Origin: an uncultured Methanosarcinales archaeon | GTDB taxonomy: Archaea > Nanobdellota > Nanobdellia > Woesearchaeales > ARS49 | Assembly (NCBI GenBank): GCA_964472615.1 | Contig: CAYYLN010000002.1 | Span: forward strand, 1 to 24,396 | DNA: 24,396 bases | Reading direction: 5' to 3' | Part shown: piece by piece, positions 21,438 through 24,396 of the stretch | Numbering within the stretch: the first letter of the stretch is position 1 | Layout: every line of letters starts with the position of its first letter | Program-made: the position numbers and the translations under genes | The notes under the pieces: generated by a model | Databases searched by the model: none | Told to the model about the DNA's origin: nothing | The model's input: the letters and a program-made list of their open reading frames with translations, nothing else

Positions 21438-23702
21438 ATGGGGGGAGATTACCGCACCATTCAAGCATGGGCTGTGCACAACGTCGCTGACCGCGAACTC
21501 TGTAAGAAAATAAAACAGGACATCCGCGAGGCATGGGGCACCGACAACACCAAAGCCAAGGCAGTGTACGCCTTTCTGTACCGGCTCGGTGAAGCAGAGA
21601 ACCTTCCGAACACCGTAACAAGCATCATTGTGAAAGATCGTGTCAGAACAAGCACGCGCCAATCCTGCAGGGCCTGCGGCACACTGCATGGCGATGGCTA
21701 CCGTTGCTCTCCCGCAAGAGGCAATGATCGCGAAGACCTTGATTTCTTCATCGGATACGTGTGCGCGAAAAAGCGCCTCGCACGCTATGGTCTGAACGTC
21801 GGTGTCCTGGCAGAAGCAGACAAGCGCGGTGCTGAAAAAAAGAAACACAAAATCAGTGAAACCCTCGAGGACTTGGTGCTGCACGAACAAGGCCTTGAAG
21901 TCCTATTGATTACCGGTGCTGCTGGGAGAAATGAAGAATTCATCGGAAACCAACTCAACTGGCTTTTCAAGCATCAAGACAACCTGCCCGAAGACGCCCA
22001 AGTAGCACTTAAACACTTGCGTGATCCCTACCATCGGCCAACACGTCAAGAACTTGCCATTGTCCTCCAAACTGTTGCACATCTGCGCAAATTCCCTGCA
22101 GACGCCTACGAAGGGGTGGCGAAAGACGTAGAGCTCATGGCAAAGGAACAACTTGCTCCTGAGGATCTCGCGCGACATCTCCGCCAGTTCACGTGCCTCA
22201 CTGCACAACAAGCAGACGAATTACTCAGCCAGACTAAAGAAACGTATCGCAGTTTTAGACTGAGGAAAAACACTGCATTCCTGAACGCGTATGAGGACAC
22301 GTCACTCGCATTCATTTTCGACGCGATCATCCCCGCGCTCGAGCACGACCAGCCCTTGTGGCATGATGACCTCGTGAACCAGCGTTATGTGTACAACAAG
22401 GTCTGGGCTCCGCAGGATTATCGACTGGCTATCGGCTGCCTGAATCGTTGGGCCTTTGGGAGCGTCAAGCATCTTGAAGGCGCTGACCGCCTTAGACTAT
22501 GCAACATCGCCACCCGACTTGAATCTGTTCCTGAATTCAAGGAAAAGATCGAAGGATTAGTGGTTCTCAGCAGGAAGCTCGCATACGCGCGCTTTCACAC
22601 ACAAAGTGATGAATACGCGCGGCTGAAACGCGTCAAGGAAGAATTAGCGCAATTATCTGACAAGAAAAAGTACGGAACGTTCACGCAAGCAGCCCGTGCA
22701 ATCGCAGAAGTGCTCAAGGACCCCTGCCGTCTCCTGAAGACCTCATGTATCCCGGTAGAAGCATTTGGCGATACTGCCAAGACCACATTGACGCTTGACC
22801 ACGTGCTTGCAACAATCACCCAAGCATATACGCGGGATGCCCGCATTGTTGACTTTCAAAAGCGCAGCCTTTCCATGATTCTTGAGCATACCGCGTACGG
22901 CATCGTTCGCAAAGCTGATGCCAAAAAACTTGTTCGCATCTACGAGCACGTCAAGAGCTACGCACCTCTCGAACATCTTGCGCAAGAACAGCAGGCAGTG
23001 TGCAGGCTTGTGCGAGAAATTGCACAGAGCGGTCTTGTCAAAAGGATCGCAGGATTCCCTGATTTCCAACGCTTCCGTGAGCCCTTGTCCATTGATCCGC
23101 GAATCTTCAAAGGCGAGCATCAGAACAAGCGCCTTCATGTGCTTCAACGTGTTACTGCATTGATCCATGATGGCTTGGCGCGATTGCCTGGGCAAGGGCC
23201 TGCTGAAAAGAAGATCACGGCAGCCCTTGAGTACCTCAAGATGTGCAGGGCAGAGGGGTATCGCGTACTTGACCTGTATAGCCCAGACACGGATTGGCAT
23301 TCATGGGAAACACCTGAAGACTTCACTGCAACACAACCTTGCCTTGAAACATACGATTCCCCGCAAACCAAAGCCCAGAAGCGCAAGGTGCAAGTCACGT
23401 TCACCGATGTCTCTTGCATCGCGACTCACTACGAGCGCTTCGCGACCGGCGTGCCTGCGCATTCTCCGCAATTCCAATCCCTCTGGAATACCCTCTCCAA
23501 GGCAGCAGCCGATGGCTTGCTGTACGAGCGGAAATGGTCTCGTTCACGAAAAAATTACATCCAGGAATTGCTGCCAGCGAAAGCGCGAGAACCCATTGAT
23601 GCACTGCTGACAGAACCAGTCTCGGTGCAGAATAAGGTATTCATCGCGCGTCCTGTTATGACGCTCTTGCAACAGTATGCTCAGAACGTGCGCAAGCATT
23701 AA
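21438..23702 (+). CDS. Large hypothetical, mostly helical protein (~754 aa) with an N-terminal Cys/His motif
   Basis: Long open frame. ATG 21438 chosen because the upstream in-frame part overlaps the acidic ORF and its TATA box (TTG 21399 is an alternative). CRACGTLH...IGYVC. Confidence 0.75.
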   Translation: MGGDYRTIQAWAVHNVADRELCKKIKQDIREAWGTDNTKAKAVYAFLYRLGEAENLPNTVTSIIVKDRVRTSTRQSCRACGTLHGDGYRCSPARGNDREDLDFFIGYVCAKKRLARYGLNVGVLAEADKRGAEKKKHKISETLEDLVLHEQGLEVLLITGAAGRNEEFIGNQLNWLFKHQDNLPEDAQVALKHLRDPYHRPTRQELAIVLQTVAHLRKFPADAYEGVAKDVELMAKEQLAPEDLARHLRQFTCLTAQQADELLSQTKETYRSFRLRKNTAFLNAYEDTSLAFIFDAIIPALEHDQPLWHDDLVNQRYVYNKVWAPQDYRLAIGCLNRWAFGSVKHLEGADRLRLCNIATRLESVPEFKEKIEGLVVLSRKLAYARFHTQSDEYARLKRVKEELAQLSDKKKYGTFTQAARAIAEVLKDPCRLLKTSCIPVEAFGDTAKTTLTLDHVLATITQAYTRDARIVDFQKRSLSMILEHTAYGIVRKADAKKLVRIYEHVKSYAPLEHLAQEQQAVCRLVREIAQSGLVKRIAGFPDFQRFREPLSIDPRIFKGEHQNKRLHVLQRVTALIHDGLARLPGQGPAEKKITAALEYLKMCRAEGYRVLDLYSPDTDWHSWETPEDFTATQPCLETYDSPQTKAQKRKVQVTFTDVSCIATHYERFATGVPAHSPQFQSLWNTLSKAAADGLLYERKWSRSRKNYIQELLPAKAREPIDALLTEPVSVQNKVFIARPVMTLLQQYAQNVRKH

Positions 23703-24259
23703 AAGAGCGCTTTGACCAGGATGGTAAGCACCAACATTGACCCAAGGTCTGCAAGACTTGTCGCCAACGGGATCAGGTAATTGTCTGGGTCATGCTTCTT
23801 CTTGTACACGTAGAACCCGCCTACAACGCACACCACGAATAAGATCAGCACGAGCAACCAGGTCGTGAACAACGCGATGAGCAGGATACGCTGGAAGATG
23901 TCCCAATGCATGTCAAAACCATTGAAGTGTGCAATGACGCTCGCGAGGACGGTGATATAGACCGCAGACAACGTTCCAATAATCAGCACTTCGCCCAACA
24001 AACGATGCAGCAGGTGCGAGCGCCACCACTGCTTTTCCTTGATGTGCTTCAGGTAAAGCATGGTTGTGAAACGCGACGCGATGATGCTCCCATAATCGCC
24101 CGTCATATCGTTCAAGGCAGGCATCAGGATCAGCAAGGGCAGCAGGAAGAACAGGTTCTGCTTGATGCTCTCAAGACCGAAACCGCCGAGCGTACTCAGC
24201 AAGGACGCAATGATGAGCATGCTCACGCTTTCGGTGATGATTCTCCAGAATAATCTCAT
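23699..24259 (-). CDS. mgtE: MgtE/SLC41-type divalent cation transporter membrane domain (186 aa)
   Basis: LLILMPALNDMTGDYGSIIASRFTT and DPDNYLIPLATSLADL helix-break motifs; five TM segments; SD GGTGA. Confidence 0.85.
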   Translation of the reverse strand: MRLFWRIITESVSMLIIASLLSTLGGFGLESIKQNLFFLLPLLILMPALNDMTGDYGSIIASRFTTMLYLKHIKEKQWWRSHLLHRLLGEVLIIGTLSAVYITVLASVIAHFNGFDMHWDIFQRILLIALFTTWLLVLILFVVCVVGGFYVYKKKHDPDNYLIPLATSLADLGSMLVLTILVKALF

Positions 24260-24361
24260 GTTTCACCGCTGACTCGCTCGGCTCCTCTGCGGATGCCATT
24301 CGCTCCGCTCATGGTTGAGCCACCTTGGTACGTGGCGAAACCCTGAGGAAACCGCGTTTCC

Positions 24362-24396
24362 TCATGGAATCACCAGGATCGCGATGATGAGCGAGA
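24362..24396 (-). CDS. 3' end of a membrane-protein gene running off the window (...SLIIAILVIP*)
   Basis: Hydrophobic frame ending in TGA at 24364-24362; only 11 codons visible. Confidence 0.4.
   Translation of the reverse strand, partial: SLIIAILVIP

Overview
Gene-dense archaeal chromosomal segment, most likely from a DPANN/Nanobdellota lineage such as Woesearchaeota (inferred from rpS8e, the Lsm-rpL37e pair, a tRNA-Leu lacking encoded CCA, a Methanococcales-type S-layer protein, TATA-box promoters and an AEP primase). Left to right: a minus-strand cluster (HhH-GPD glycosylase, PD-(D/E)XK nuclease, membrane protein) divergent from a 1078-aa family-B-polymerase-like protein with intact exonuclease motifs but no recognisable polymerase catalytic motifs; rpS8e; a Ca-binding surface protein; an NDP-sugar epimerase; Lsm, rpL37e, tRNA-Leu(UAG); the S-layer gene; a CmpX-like membrane protein; a secreted protein built from 15 four-cysteine modules; Fe/Mn SOD; a RelBE-like pair plus a small Cys-rich ORF; a class II ribonucleotide reductase (frameshifted) with cobalamin adenosyltransferase and PriS-like genes; and an MgtE-type transporter. 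The most striking non-coding signal is a family of non-autonomous IS200/IS605-type hairpin elements. Two 145-bp copies (143/145 identical) each sit directly 3' of TTCAT. Removing one restores the nuclease reading frame exactly; removing the other restores TATA-to-ATG spacing of the epimerase gene. A 296-bp relative with covarying ends carries six back-to-back hairpins. No transposase, CRISPR array or rRNA is visible. All family assignments come from motif recognition by eye, not database searches. At least two lesions (about 1620-1700 and 19628) may be sequencing or assembly errors.
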